Shown here piece after piece: positions 12,356 through 27,490 of a DNA stretch of 64,000 nucleotides (the first letter of the stretch is position 1; every line of letters begins with the position of its first letter). The notes under the pieces are model-generated. The model was not told the origin of the DNA, did not search any database, and saw nothing but the letters and a program-made list of their open reading frames with translations. Position numbers and translations under genes: made by a program. The stretch is from Sphaerodactylus townsendi (lineage: Eukaryota), in contig NC_059439.1 of the NCBI RefSeq assembly GCF_021028975.2, positions 38,936,001 to 39,000,000 on the forward strand. Reading direction: 5' to 3'.

Positions 12356-12950
12356 AGCGCCCATTAAAACACTCTAAGGATTGGAGCTCTTCTAACCCGG
12401 ATGGTCTGGGCTCCCCTGCTACGCTTGGCTGAGTGGTTCTCCGGATCGGCCCTGGCTAGTATTTGGAAGTCGCAGGTTGCCGTGCAGAGGCAGCAGGTGA
12501 CGGCAAACCACCTCTGCGTGTTTCTTGCCTTGACTGAGTGGTCCAGGCTGGCTGGGCCACGTCAGAGTTAGTTTGGAAGCTCATCTGGGGACTTGGAGGG
12601 GGTGGCCCCGCAGAGGCAGAGCAGCTCAGGTCCGGGGCGTCTCTTGCCTTTGAAGCCTCGCCAGGGTCTTGGGTGCGGCCGGAGGGCTCTTCCCTTCACC
12701 CCCCAAGGAGTGGGGGGGGGGTCCCATCTCATCCCCTGGGAAGGCATGCAGAGGGAGCAGCAGCAGCCCCCGAGCGAGCTCCCTGCCGGGCCACTGAGGG
12801 GTTCCCTCCCTGCCCTCTGCCGCAGCCAGCCGCGCTCCACTCCGGCCACTGAGGGATGGGTGGACAGGCCGACCGACCGGCCGACCCCTCGCCCTCCGCC
12901 TGCCCCGGGGCGTCCTGGGAAATGTAGTCCTCCTCGGGCAGGCGGCTCTA

Positions 12951-16164
<3,214 letters not shown>

Positions 16165-17107
16165 AGGATGGAGGGGCCAAGTTCTGCATGCTGGGTGAGT
16201 GGGTGGGTGGGGGAATCCCGCCCTTCCCCTGGCCTCCTCTGGAGGAACCTCGGAGCTCTTGATTCCTAGGAGCAGCAGTGGCGTAGGAGGTTAAGAGCTC
16301 GTGTATCTAATCTGGAGGAACCGGGTTTGATTCTCCGCTCTGCCGCCTGAGCTGTGGAGGCTTCTCTGGGGAATTCAGATATGCACTCCCACACACGCCA
16401 GCTGGGTGACCTTGGGCTAGTCACAGCTTCTCGGAGCTCTCTCAGCCCCACCCACCTCACAGGGTGTTTGTTGTGAGGGGGGAAGGGCAAGGAGATTGTC
16501 AGCCCCTTTGAGTCTCCTGCAGGAGAGAAAGGGGGGATATAAATCCAAACTCTTCTCTTCTTCTTCTTCTAGGGAGTCGGGGCGGTACCCCCATTCCACC
16601 AAGGCCAGTGTACCAGCTCTTGAATAGAAATTAAAAACACAGATAAGCCACAGACGGCGGGCTCTCTCGCATTAATAATATTTTCCATGCCTGTTTTCAG
16701 TCTATTCTGAGTTTGGGAATCCTGATCTCGGCATCCTCTCAACAGTAGCCCTGATCTGGGATACTTTTAAGGACAGACCTCAGGAAATGGCTTTTCACAC
16801 AAGCTGTAAATAAATCTCAAAATCCACCCCCAAAAGTGGGGAGGCACAGCTGCCTTTGGGTTATTTTTTAGTGTTAGGAAACTTCAGGTCATTTATTTTA
16901 TTGACTGAATTTATACCCGACTTTTTCCCCAACAGGAACTCAAGGTGTGTTTTAAATTTAAATTTAATTCTATCTAATGGGGTTTGTTTGTATATGCTAT
17001 ATGTAGGGCGGGATAAAAAAACCCCATAAATATGTAGGGTGGGATATATGTAGGGTGGGATAAAAAACCCATAAAAAACCCTTCGGGGGTAGGGCGGTAT
17101 AAAAAAA

Positions 17108-17159
<52 letters not shown>

Positions 17160-18033
17160 CCCCATAAATATATAGAATATATATATATAACCCCATAAAT
17201 ATATATATAACCCCATAAAGAATANNNNNNNNNNNNNNNNNNNNNNNNNNNNNNNNNNNNNNNNNNNNNNNNNNNNNNNNNNNNNNNNNNNNNNNNNNNN
17301 NNNNNNNNNNNNNNNNNNNNNNNNNNNNNNNNNNNNNNNNNNNNNNNNNNNNNNNNNNNNNNNNNNNNNNNNNNNNNNNNNNNNNNNNNNTCTCCATTTT
17401 ATCCTCACCACAAGACTGTGAGGTAGGTCAGGTGGACGGACCAAACCACAAGTGAGTTTCCATGGCAAAGGAGGGATTTGAACCAGGTTCTTTCAGATTC
17501 TAATCCAACACTCTAACTGCTATTCCATGCTGGGTCACGGAGTGCAAGTAAACCAAAGGCCATTAACTACAACAGCTTAATCGAACCTCCATGTCCAAAG
17601 GCAGTTTACCTCTGAAGACCAGATGCTGAGGGATGTAGGACAGCTGGAGAGCCATGCACATCTGGGCAGGAACTTCTCTGGCCGCTTGGAAGCAGAATTC
17701 TAGACTTGGTGGGTCTCTCTGGGCTCACTCTGACCCTGGCAATCCTTATAACCCTGCGAGGGAGGCTGGCTTGCCCGGGGAGTCCCCGTGGGCTTCAATC
17801 ACAGCTCAGCAGATATTGGAGGTCACCCCCACGTGGATGACGCCGCCCCACTTTGAAGGTCCCGTTCTGAACGCAAAGCTACCCCCCGTCCGAGACACGA
17901 CCACACCGACTGCCACGCTATCACGCGTTTATTTGCTCGTGACGCCCCATGGCCATTGGCTACACACCAGTTAGCCCCTCCCCCTTCCCTGCTCTCCTCC
18001 CGGCAGCCTGCCCGGTCCGTGCCTCAGCCGTGC

Positions 18034-21000
18034 TCAGCCCTTGAGTTCCATCTCGCACACCCAGCTGTATCGGTGCATGCAAGGATCCTCGTTCCATAGC
18101 CCGTCCCGGTGGAGGTGGACACAGATCACCACATTGTTTACTCCTTGGAAGAAGTGGTAGGGGTGTCCGGTTTTCCAGTCTCTGAGATAGCAAAGCAAAG
18201 GGAGGGGGCGGAGAAGTTAGAAGCCAGAGGCCCCCCTGGAAATCTCCCCTTCCCTTCCTGTTTGCAGAGGGTGGGGGAGGCTGAGATAAGTGTTCACTTC
18301 CTAGAGATGCCTTTGGGGGAGACAGCCACGCCCTGGGGATTTGGGGGGGCTCTGACCTCTGGAAGTGTGCCGGGGGATCCACGTGGGGTGGCTAACCTGG
18401 GTGGGATCATCTGAGGATCCCAACTCATTCCCAGACCACAGAGATCAGTTCACTTGGAGAAAATGGCTGCTCAGGCAGCAGCTGTGATTGGAGGCAAGCG
18501 CCGGCCGCCATTTTGTGACTGGTTCCGTCCCCTGCAGAAGCCATTTGCTGCCTATGCCCACCCCACCCCACTGCCAGCAGAGCCCCTCAGGTAGCCTCAA
18601 CTAGTTTTATTGGACCCGGATCATTTCTAGGGCCGTGGTGGCGAACCTTTGGCCCTCCAGATGTTATGGACTACAATTCCCATCAGCCCCTGCCAGCATG
18701 GTCAATTGGCCGTGCTGGCAGGGACTGATGGGAATTGTAGTCCATAACATCTGGAGTGCCAAAGGTTCGCCACCACTGTTCTAGGGTCCCCCTCTTGCAA
18801 GGCATGAAGGGGACGGGCCCCTGGAGGCTAGCAGAGGCTGCGACCCATAAGCCCCAGAGCGACAACCCCCCACCAGTGGTGGGATCCAAAAATTTTAGTA
18901 ACAGGTTCCCATGGTGGTGGGATTCAAACTGTGGCGTAGTGCCAATGGGGCTGGGTGGGGCATGATGGGGGTGTGGCCGGGCATTCCAGGGGCAGGGCAT
19001 TCCTGGGCGGGGCTGTGGCAAGGACCTTGGGCGAGAAACGAATGCACGCAGGCGCAGGCTGCCACGCACGCCGGTGCACCTCCTGCTAGGCTGCTTCCAG
19101 TTCTGCGCGCTACTGCTGAGAGGAGGGGCGTAACTAAGGCAAAAATCACTTGGCAAAATCACCCATTAGTAACCCCCTCTCGGCACACACAAATAATTAG
19201 TCACCTACTCTCGGGAACCTGTGAGAACCTGCTGGATCCCACCTCTGCCCCCCACCCACCCACTGTGCAGCCAGCCCGTTGACAACCCCCCCAGGGGGCT
19301 GACACTCTCTGGCAAACTCCTCCTCCTCAGCCGGCCTCGGGACTCACATTCTGCGGACGCTGTACGATGTCCCGTCCACCCACTTCCAGCTGCTGCTGGA
19401 GAAGGACAACCCGATCCACGCGTACCGCGGCTTCGTGCGCTTGGCCACGAATTGCTAGTGCGAGAGGGGATGCAAACAGGGCGGTCTGTGAACATTTGCT
19501 GCCCACCTCAAAGACCCGCTGGGAGGGCAGCAGGCCACGCGACTCCCCCTGCCCGCCCAGCCAGGAGAGAGAGCCGGGTGCTTCTGCCGTCAAAAACACT
19601 CCCTTGACATTTGGGGCAGAGGGAGGTCGGAGGGGGCTTGGGAGGGCTGGCGCCATGCCCAGCGGGGCAACAGGCAGCTCACCCCACTGCCCTGCCAGGC
19701 TGGCTTGGTGTTTGGGGTGGGGGTGGGGTTGGAGGGGAAGGAAGTGGCGGCGGATGAATCCACAATCCCACTTAGATCTTTTGGTGGGAAAATGCAGCTG
19801 GCTCACCTGCTCCAGGTAGGATGTGATGGTGACCAGGTGGGCATCCTTGTCCTCGCAGTCAGCTTTGGCTTCGTCCCACGACTTCTCTGCCCTGGAGACC
19901 CAATAGCAGTGACTGGCAAAGGAATCCCAGCCTGCCGGGCAGCAGGGCGCTCTGCTCACTGGCGGGAGGAAGCGGGAAGGCTTAGGTGGGGCTCTTGGAA
20001 TAATGGCCGCCTTTCTCTCCCGCGCTCCGGGATGACGGGGTGGGCACGGGGAAGGAGCAGGATGGAGCTCAGGAGCAGAAGGAGAGTCAGGTGGGGGGAG
20101 TGGGTCGCTCTGCCAGAGCACAAAGGCCGGGGGGGGGGGGGCTGGAGGCAAACATGAGGGGCACGGAAATGGGCCTGAAAAGTGGGGAAAGGTTGCCNNN
20201 NNNNNNNNNNNNNNNNNNNNNNNNNNNNNNNNNNNNNNNNNNNNNNNNNNNNNNNNNNNNNNNNNNNNNNNNNNNNNNNNNNNNNNNNNNNNNNNNNNNN
20301 NNNNNNNNNNNNNNNNNNNNNNNNNNNNNNNNNNNNNNNNNNNNNNNNNNNNNNNNNNNNNNNNNNNNNNNNNNNNNNNNNNNNNNNNNNNNNNNNNNNN
20401 NNNNNNNNNNNNNNTTTGGATTTTTATCCCCTCTTTCTCTCCTGTAAGGAGACTCAAAGGGGCTTACAAACTCCTTTCTCTTCCCCACCCCCCCAACAAA
20501 CACCCTGTGAGGTGGGTGGGGCTGAGAGAGCTCCAAAGAACCATGACTAGCCCGAGGTCACCCAGCTGGCATGTGTGGGAGTGCACAGGCTAATCTGGTT
20601 CCCCAGATAAGCCTCCTATGGACGGAGGTCTCCCATCCACAGGACTCTAGCACCAAAGCTGGTCCCACTGGAACGTCTCACTACTTGGGGAAGTTAGGGG
20701 GGGGATGAGTGGCAGCCAGATCCCGGCCTCCCCCTCTGCCTTACTCTCTGCAGGCACCCTCCAATCGCCCTCCAGACCTGTCCGGTTGTGCTTAATATCC
20801 TCCACGTTGCAGTTCATGGTGTTGAGGGTGTTCCGCAGGTTTCCCACTTTGCCCTGGACCTCAGACTTCACTGGAGAAGGAAGGAAGGCAGGAGAGCCGG
20901 GGGTCAGTTCCATGGGGAGCCCGGGGGGGGGGGGGGCACCTTTGAGATTCACAAGGTTTTATTCCCTAAAAGCTTCAGCCTGAGAGGTGCCACTCGGCTT

Positions 21001-24000
21001 ACGTTCATGCGTTGTCCGGAGGGGTTACCTTGGGATCGCAGACATGCATTCATGTGCCCCTACTCCCAAACCCTCATGCGCTACGTGCTGCGAGCCCTCA
21101 GCTCCCACAGTAACCCACCTTTTCCCATCTCGTCGGTCAGGTGCTCCACAGCCTTGTTGAACTTGGCCAGTTTCTTCAAGTCGTCTGTCTCTGCAATTAG
21201 TTTCAGNNNNNNNNNNNNNNNNNNNNNNNNNNNNNNNNNNNNNNNNNNNNNNNNNNNNNNNNNNNNNNNNNNNNNNNNNNNNNNNNNNNNNNNNNNNNNN
21301 NNNNNNNNNNNNNNNNNNNNNNNNNNNNNNNNNNNNNNNNNNNNNNNNNNNNNNNNNNNNNNNNNNNNNNNNNNNNNNNNNNNNNNNNNNNNNNNNNNNN
21401 NNNNNNNNNNNNNNNNNNNNNCCCTTTCTCTCCTGCAGGAGACTCAAAGGGGCTGACAATCTCCTTGCCCTTCCCCCCTCACAACAAACACCCTATGAGG
21501 TGGGTGGGGCTGAGAGAGCTCCGAGAAGCTGTGACTAGCCCAAGGTCACCCAGCTGGTGTGTGTGGGAGTGTATAGGCTAATCTGAATTCCCCAGATAAG
21601 CCTCCACAGCTCAGGCGGCAGAGCGGGGAATCAAACCCGGTTCCTCCAGATTAGATACGCAAGCTCTTAACCTCCTACGCCACTGCTGCTCCTGTGATTC
21701 AAGCCCCCCGAGAGCTCAGGCGCTCCAAATCTCGTCCTCCCGCCCCCCCCAAAATCAGGTCGGTCTCTCTCTGGGGCTGTTGCACCTGCGTCTCAGTGTC
21801 TCTGCACCCAGGTCCATTTATCCTGTGCCCCCCCTCCCCCAAGCAGCTCCATGTGTTTCTCTCCTCCCCATTTTATCCTCACGAGGTAAATTGGGCTGGG
21901 AGAGTAACTATCCCAAGAGTGCCCTGGGCTCAGTGGCACAGGGAGGATTGGAACTCGGCTCTCCCAGGGTCTAGCCCAGCACCCTGACTGCTACAGCCAC
22001 TACAGCAGGAATAATCATTCTTGTGGTTCTTTGACATGCCACCTGTGGTTCTTCAGAGCACCCTCCCCCCCCCCCAATGTGGCACAGACCAACACCATGT
22101 TCCAGGAAAGGGGCCCTGGCCCGGCTGGGCTGATGCTGTGCGGGTGGCTCACACAGGTGGAGGGTCTCCCAGGCTACAAGCAAGCTCGGCGCCTTCCTGG
22201 GGGGGCAGGTCAGGTGCGGGGGGGGGGGGGGAAGGCAAGGCGCAGAGGTGGGATCCAGCAGGTTCTCACCAGTTCCCAAGAGTGGGTTACTAATTATTTG
22301 TGTGTGCCGAGAGGGGGTTACTCATTGGGTCCGCTTTCCCATCTCCACGCCCTCGCCTCCCCGAGAGGCATCCTGCCTTTGAACGTGAAGGTTCCACATA
22401 GCAATTGCGACTAATAATGCATCTCCCTGAACTGGGTTAATCCCTTCCAGGTCCTGCAATTAATTGATTCTCAGCCTTTCGTGCCTTTTATCTCCCCAGT
22501 CTCTATCAAAGAACCTGTGTGTTTCACCATTGCTGTGTTCACATTGGTGAGTTGGGGCATTTTCTATAATGTGATGATGATTTAAAAATGACCTGGTGCA
22601 AAAAAATTTTGGGGGGTCGTGGTGGGGTGGCTGCCCATGGGGGGGGGCATCCAACTCAGGTTTTGCCCAGGGCTCAGGTTTGCCTAGGTACGCCTCCGCC
22701 CCCTTTGCTGGGGGGCGGGGCTGGCGAGGGAACCTGTTACTAAAATTTTTTGGATCCCACCACTGGGCAAGGGCCTGTTGCCGATCTGTACACCTTAATT
22801 CAGGAGGAGGGCAAAGAACCGTCTGGTGGCTGGAAATTCAGTGCAGAGCTCAGCCGGGTCCCGGGTCCCTCTCCAGGTGCTCCTACAGCACCTCCAGAAT
22901 TACCCTCTCTGGGGGTCTCCTCGGGAGGAGCCCTCAACTCACCCTTCTGTTTCAGAGCGAGCATCTCCGTGGAGATCGAGCGGTTGACCTTCTGGAGCAT
23001 CTCCTCCATCTTCTTCAGGTCTTTGCCAGCCATGTGGCCTGGGGGGGCGGGGTGGGGGGGGGCAAAGGGGTCAGAAGATCCAGGCGAGATAAATGCACAC
23101 CTGCACGGGCTAGCTTTCCAGTCACATGGCATGACCTATTGCTTGGAGCAGCCCGATCCAGGAAGGGGCCGGTCCGGCTCAAGGTCTTGATTCCCTCCTG
23201 CCGTTTGTGGCAACGGGTGTTGCTTCCTGGACACCCCCCACACCCCCGCTGAGCCCCCTGGAAGCACCATGCCAGGGGGCGTGCCTTGCTTGGAGTGACC
23301 CTCAGAATTCCCACTCGCTCGGCTTTGTAGGTCTCCCCAGCTTCTTCCAAACTCTTCCCCAAACCCCAGATGCCTCCCCTTCCTCCCCACACACAGCCAG
23401 CTTCCAGCCCTCATCTGTTCCTTTGGCAGCAATAATTCTGGTGCCTTCTCCTGCTGCCCCACGGCTACTTGTGGGTCACAAGCAGAGCGCAGAGATGGTG
23501 GCCCTGTGGCCACAGTAGGCGATTATGGCACAGCCAGGTCATATTCTTCATACAAACACAAGTTGTGGTCTGGAGCAGCCTGAGGAACACCCCCCCCCCC
23601 CCCCACATCCATTGAATGAGTCAACGGTGGCCAAATAGGGGAGCTCAAAATGCCCTCCATATTATCCTTATAACAACAACGCTGCGGGGTAGGCTGGGCC
23701 AAGAATGAGAGTGGGCTGTCCTCAGGTCATCTGGTGAGCTTTATGACCAAGTGAAGGTCTGATTCCAGGTTTCCCTCGTCCTCCGCTGATGTCCAACCTG
23801 CAATGCCCCCTCCCCCCTGCAGGACAGCCACTTCGTCCTCCTGCCCCCCCTCCCCACCCCACGTGGGCCACGGAGCCACTCACCCGTAATGCCAAAGACG
23901 ACTGTCAGGAGGCTGATCAGACCAATGAATCCCAGCAGGGCCAGAGCAAGACGGCCGCTGGAGCAGACACGCTGCCACCCGGACTGGGGTTCAGGAAAGC

Positions 24001-24009
24001 CCATAGAGG
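18034..24009 (-). CDS. Asialoglycoprotein receptor-like type II C-type lectin, non-canonical paralog (5' coding exons uncertain)
   Basis: Exons 24009-23884 (TM: RLALALLGFIGLISLLTVVFGITG), 23038-22943, 21190-21119, 20870-20778 (neck), 19958-19807 (CCPAGWDSFASHCYW..), 19454-19348 (WIGL..WKWVDG), 18181-18034 (..HPY..C..WNEDPC..WVCE, stop). Sizes 126/96/72/93/152/107/148, all in frame; AATAAA on minus at 17933-17928. Candidate upstream in-frame exons 25146-25064 and 27373-27318. Confidence 0.88.
18633..18778. mobile_element. Palindromic short hAT MITE (other copies near 1-102, 4027-4155, 41814-41986, 44103-44230, 45199-45346, 48860-49005, 51057-51202, 51630-51764, 54884-55019, 56735-56864)
   Basis: Near-perfect fold-back around CATGGCCAATTGGCCATG; 8-bp TSDs such as TTCTAGGG, AAATAGAC, ATTTAGAA, CATTAGAA, ATATGGGG. 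Confidence 0.9.
18874..19247. mobile_element. CpG-rich hAT MITE, GGGATCC-TIR family (other copies 22243-22765 variant, 24117-24507, 28050-28440, 33342-33732)
   Basis: TIRs CAGTGGTGGGATCCA / CAGAGGTGGGATCCA; 8-bp TSDs CCCCCCAC, GATCTGGC, ATGTCATG. Confidence 0.9.
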
Positions 24010-25499
24010 CTGCGGAGAGAGCACAATTATTTGCACGGCACCCTTTTCGGCAGAGTGGGCTACCTCCTTCCACAACTGCAGCAGGCGAAAATGGATCCAG
24101 AGGGATGGGATCTGGCCAGAGGTGGGATCCAGCAGGTTCTCACAGGTTCCCGAGAGTAGGTTACTAATTATTTGCGTGTGCCGAGAGGGGGTTACTAATT
24201 GGTGATTTTGCCATGTGATTGTTGCCTTAGTTACGCCCCTCCTCTCAGCAGTAGCGCGCAGAACTTGAAGCAGGCTAGCAGGAGGTGCACCGGCGTGCGT
24301 GGCAGCCTGCGCCTGCATGCATTTGTTTCCCACCCAAGGACCGGCGCAGCAGCTGCGTCTTTGCCACAGCCCCGCCCAGGAATGCCCTGCCCCTGGAATG
24401 CCCGGTCACACCCCATCGTGCCCCGCCCAGCCTCATTGGCGCTACGCCACAGTTTGAATCCCACCACCATGGGAACCTGTTACTAAAATTTTTGGATCCT
24501 ACCACTGGATCTGGCTTTAGGAAAATGCGACGCGACACATGGGCCTTCCCCTTGACTGGCTACCTGACCCTTCCCAAGAAAGAGAAAGGGCAGCCGTGGG
24601 GATTCTTGGACAGGGGGAGGGGGGAGGGGAAGGGGTCCGCAAAGGATCCTGGGGCCTGGGAAAGGAAGGGGGGCTGGGCAGAGAGAGTTCATGGCAGGTG
24701 TCAATCAAAACGGGCGTTTGCTGGTGGGGCCGTGCCCCCCTGTCTCTCCCACACGCCGCTTTTAACCTGCACCTCTGTGTTCTGTATCGAGAGCTTATCG
24801 TTTTAGGACTCCGTGATCACTGAAGTCTGGCGAGAGGGGAACCTGAAATCAGAGAAGCCGGGTGTGTGTGTGTTAAGTTCCAAGTCTTGAACTAATCCAC
24901 AAAACCGAGACCTCAAACCACTGTTGTGAAAAGAGTAAGCAGCCAAATCCGTGGCACCACAATAAGAACGCCCACACGCGCCAAACATGCTTTCCCCAGA
25001 CCTGAGCGGGTAGGGCGAACGGGGTGTGCGGAAGGGCCCCCCAGTCCCTGCTTTACCTCCTACCTCCTTGCTCTGGGGCTGACGCTCTGGGGCTGACTCC
25101 CTCCTCTTGTGTCCGCTGCGCTTTCCCCTCTCCGGTGTCCTTTGAACTGTCAACAGTTCCCAAACCCAGGAGAGGTGCCAGCTTGGTCAAAGAGGACCAG
25201 CTTCCTTTCGCTCCATTCTGAGCCTGTCCGTGCAAAGCTCCGGCTCTATGCTCAGGTAGGATCCAGCCCCCAGGTGCTGAGCAAGCCCAGAGAGAGCCCT
25301 GATTCTGGCAGCAGGGAGCAAACACAAACGACACAGACCTGTGTCTCCCGGGGGTCGACAAGAGCTTTTGCATGAGCTGGTTGCTGCTCTTGGTCTGTTC
25401 CAGAACTTAAATGGCTCTTCTCTTCCTTTGGCTTGTAGCACCAGAAAAAGGCTTGGCTGTCAGTTGAATGGAGGGGGTGGATACTGCCCAATGTCCACA

Positions 25500-25998
25500 A
25501 CTTCCTGTGGACCAAGGCTCGGGCAGCTGTGTTTCCCTCAAGCTCACAAGAACTCCCTCACGCGAAAGGGATCTGGGAGTCTTAGTAGACCACAAACTGA
25601 ACATGAGTCAGCAGTGTGATGCGGCGGCCAAGAAGGCCAACCTGATTGTGGGCTGTATCAATTGGAGTATAGTGTCTAGATCGAGTGATGTAATTGTACC
25701 TCTCTATTCCTACTCTAGGAGCCATGTGGTGTAGTGGTTAAGTGCTTGCACTGCCACTCACACGGTCAGGAGTTTGAGCCCCCTGTGGGTCAGATATCCT
25801 AGCAGCTGGCTCATGGTCAACTCAGCCAGCCATCCATTCCTAGGTTGGTAAATGAGTACCTAGCACATAGCTAGGGGTAAAGAATAGATGGGGAAAGCAA
25901 TGGGAAACTACTCCCAAAAACAGCTTGCCTATGAAATCACTGCTTGCAGTGGTACCCCAGGGTCGGACATGACTGAAGGGGAAACTTTACCTTTTTTA
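25500..25998 (+). mobile_element. Old CR1 fragment (ERDLGVLVDHKLNMSQQCDAAAKKAN) followed by an older tRNA SINE
   Basis: Canonical CR1 ORF2 peptide at about 25560-25710; A/B boxes at about 25725-25782. Confidence 0.7.
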
Positions 25999-26014
25999 TT
26001 CCTACTCATGCAGT

Positions 26015-26882
26015 GGATTGTTACCAATAATTACGGATTACTAAAACCAATTATTACCAATTATTACCGATTACCTAAACCGATTATTGCCGATTACTAA
26101 AATGAGTATTACCAATTATTACTAATTACCAAAACCAATTGTTGCCAATTATTAACAATTACTGGAACTGATTTTTACCAATTATTACCAATAACTGAAA
26201 CCAATTATTAATGATTATTATCGATTATTGAAACCAAGTATTACAGATTATTACTGATTACCGAAACCAATTATTGCCAATACCAAAACCGATGATTTCC
26301 AATTACTACCTATTAGTGAAACGATTACCGATAATTACCGATTACTGAAACCGATTATTATCGATTACTGAAGCCGATTATTACCGATTACTGAAACCGA
26401 TTATTACCGATTATTACCAATTACTAAAACTGATTATTACCGATTACCAATATAAATTATTATCAATTACTATAACCAAATATTACCGATGATTACTAAT
26501 TACTGAAATGGATTACTGCCAATTATTCCCGATACCAAAACTGATTATTGCCAATTGTTCATGATTACTGAAACCGATTATTACCGATTATCATGGATTA
26601 TTGAAAACGATTATTATCGATTACTAAAACTGGTTATTACTGATTATTACGGATTACTGATACCGAGTATTACCAATTATTACCGATTACCAAAACCTGA
26701 TTATTATCGATTACTGAAACCGAGTATCACCGATTATTACCGATTACCAAAACCGATTACTGAAACCGAGTATCACCAATTATTACTGATTACCAACACC
26801 TGATTATTATCGATTACTGAAACCGAGTATTACCGATTATTACTGATTACCAAAACCGATTATTACCGATTACTGAAACCGC
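26015..26882. repeat. Low-complexity satellite built from TTATTACCGA / TTACTGAAACCGA words
   Basis: About 870 bp of degenerate 7-13-bp units. Confidence 0.9.
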
Positions 26883-27317
26883 GTATCTCACAGAGGGAGG
26901 TGTCCGGACACGCAATGGTATTGAAGTCCCCAGTATTGCATCCAGAAGTGAATGAGAATAAAGGCAAGAAAACCAATGTATCTTAATATTTGCTATAGGG
27001 TGGTAGGGTGGTATTCTTAAGTGCGTGCAACGAACAGGATTCTTTGAGGATGCTCATTGGCAGAATACACCAGGAGTGTGAAGCATTTATTCAGATGTAG
27101 AGTGTTGACCAAAACAGCTAACCAGAGCCAGTAAAGACAGGGTGATGTGGGGGTGGGGGGAAGAGACAAAATTCCTGGGGGGCCCAAGTTAGCTGGAGGA
27201 CCCCTGAAGCCAGACCATGTAACATTCAAAGGCATTTCCATTTCTTTTACTCGTAACGTAATTGTGCACGACAACCACTAGGGCTGCAGGGAAGGCAGAG
27301 CACAGCAAATAGTTCAC

Positions 27318-27490
27318 TTTCTTCTCGCTGTGCCTTTCTGCAAAGTGTATTGCAAGGACGCCAACGCTTGCATATCTTGCTAAAGCCAGCCCTGCAGCAA
27401 GGCAATACCAGCCAGCGCGCTTCATGGCTGCCTCGGCCGTTTATAAGCTGAAGCCTCCTAATGAGATTGTGTTTCGTTTACGTCAATCCG
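27318..27490 (-). promoter_or_regulatory. Candidate TATA promoter and first exon of the non-canonical lectin
   Basis: TATAAA on minus at 27445-27440, CRE-like TGACGTAA about 35-45 nt further upstream, ATG at 27373 and a weak phase-2 donor at 27317 that splices in frame via 25146-25064 to the TM exon, mirroring the phases in the neighbouring gene. Confidence 0.35.

Larger units (their letters stand above)
17225..21421. other. Assembly gaps at 17225-17390, 20198-20414 and 21207-21421
   Basis: Runs of N; two lie in introns of the non-canonical lectin gene. Confidence 0.99.

Noticed and set aside
16900-17224. Odd short repeats and (TA)n next to a gap
   Set aside because: Looks like low-quality gap-edge sequence; similar noisy patches near 5950-6400 and 56080-56340 limit interpretation.
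24767-24826. Possible coding exon of the non-canonical lectin
   Set aside because: AG..GT bounded but has stops in all three frames; at most a non-coding exon.
27189-27425. ORF with a signal-peptide-like start (MKRAGWYCLAAGLAL..)
   Set aside because: The ATG is only about 15 nt downstream of the TATA box, so probably upstream of the TSS; no recognisable domain.
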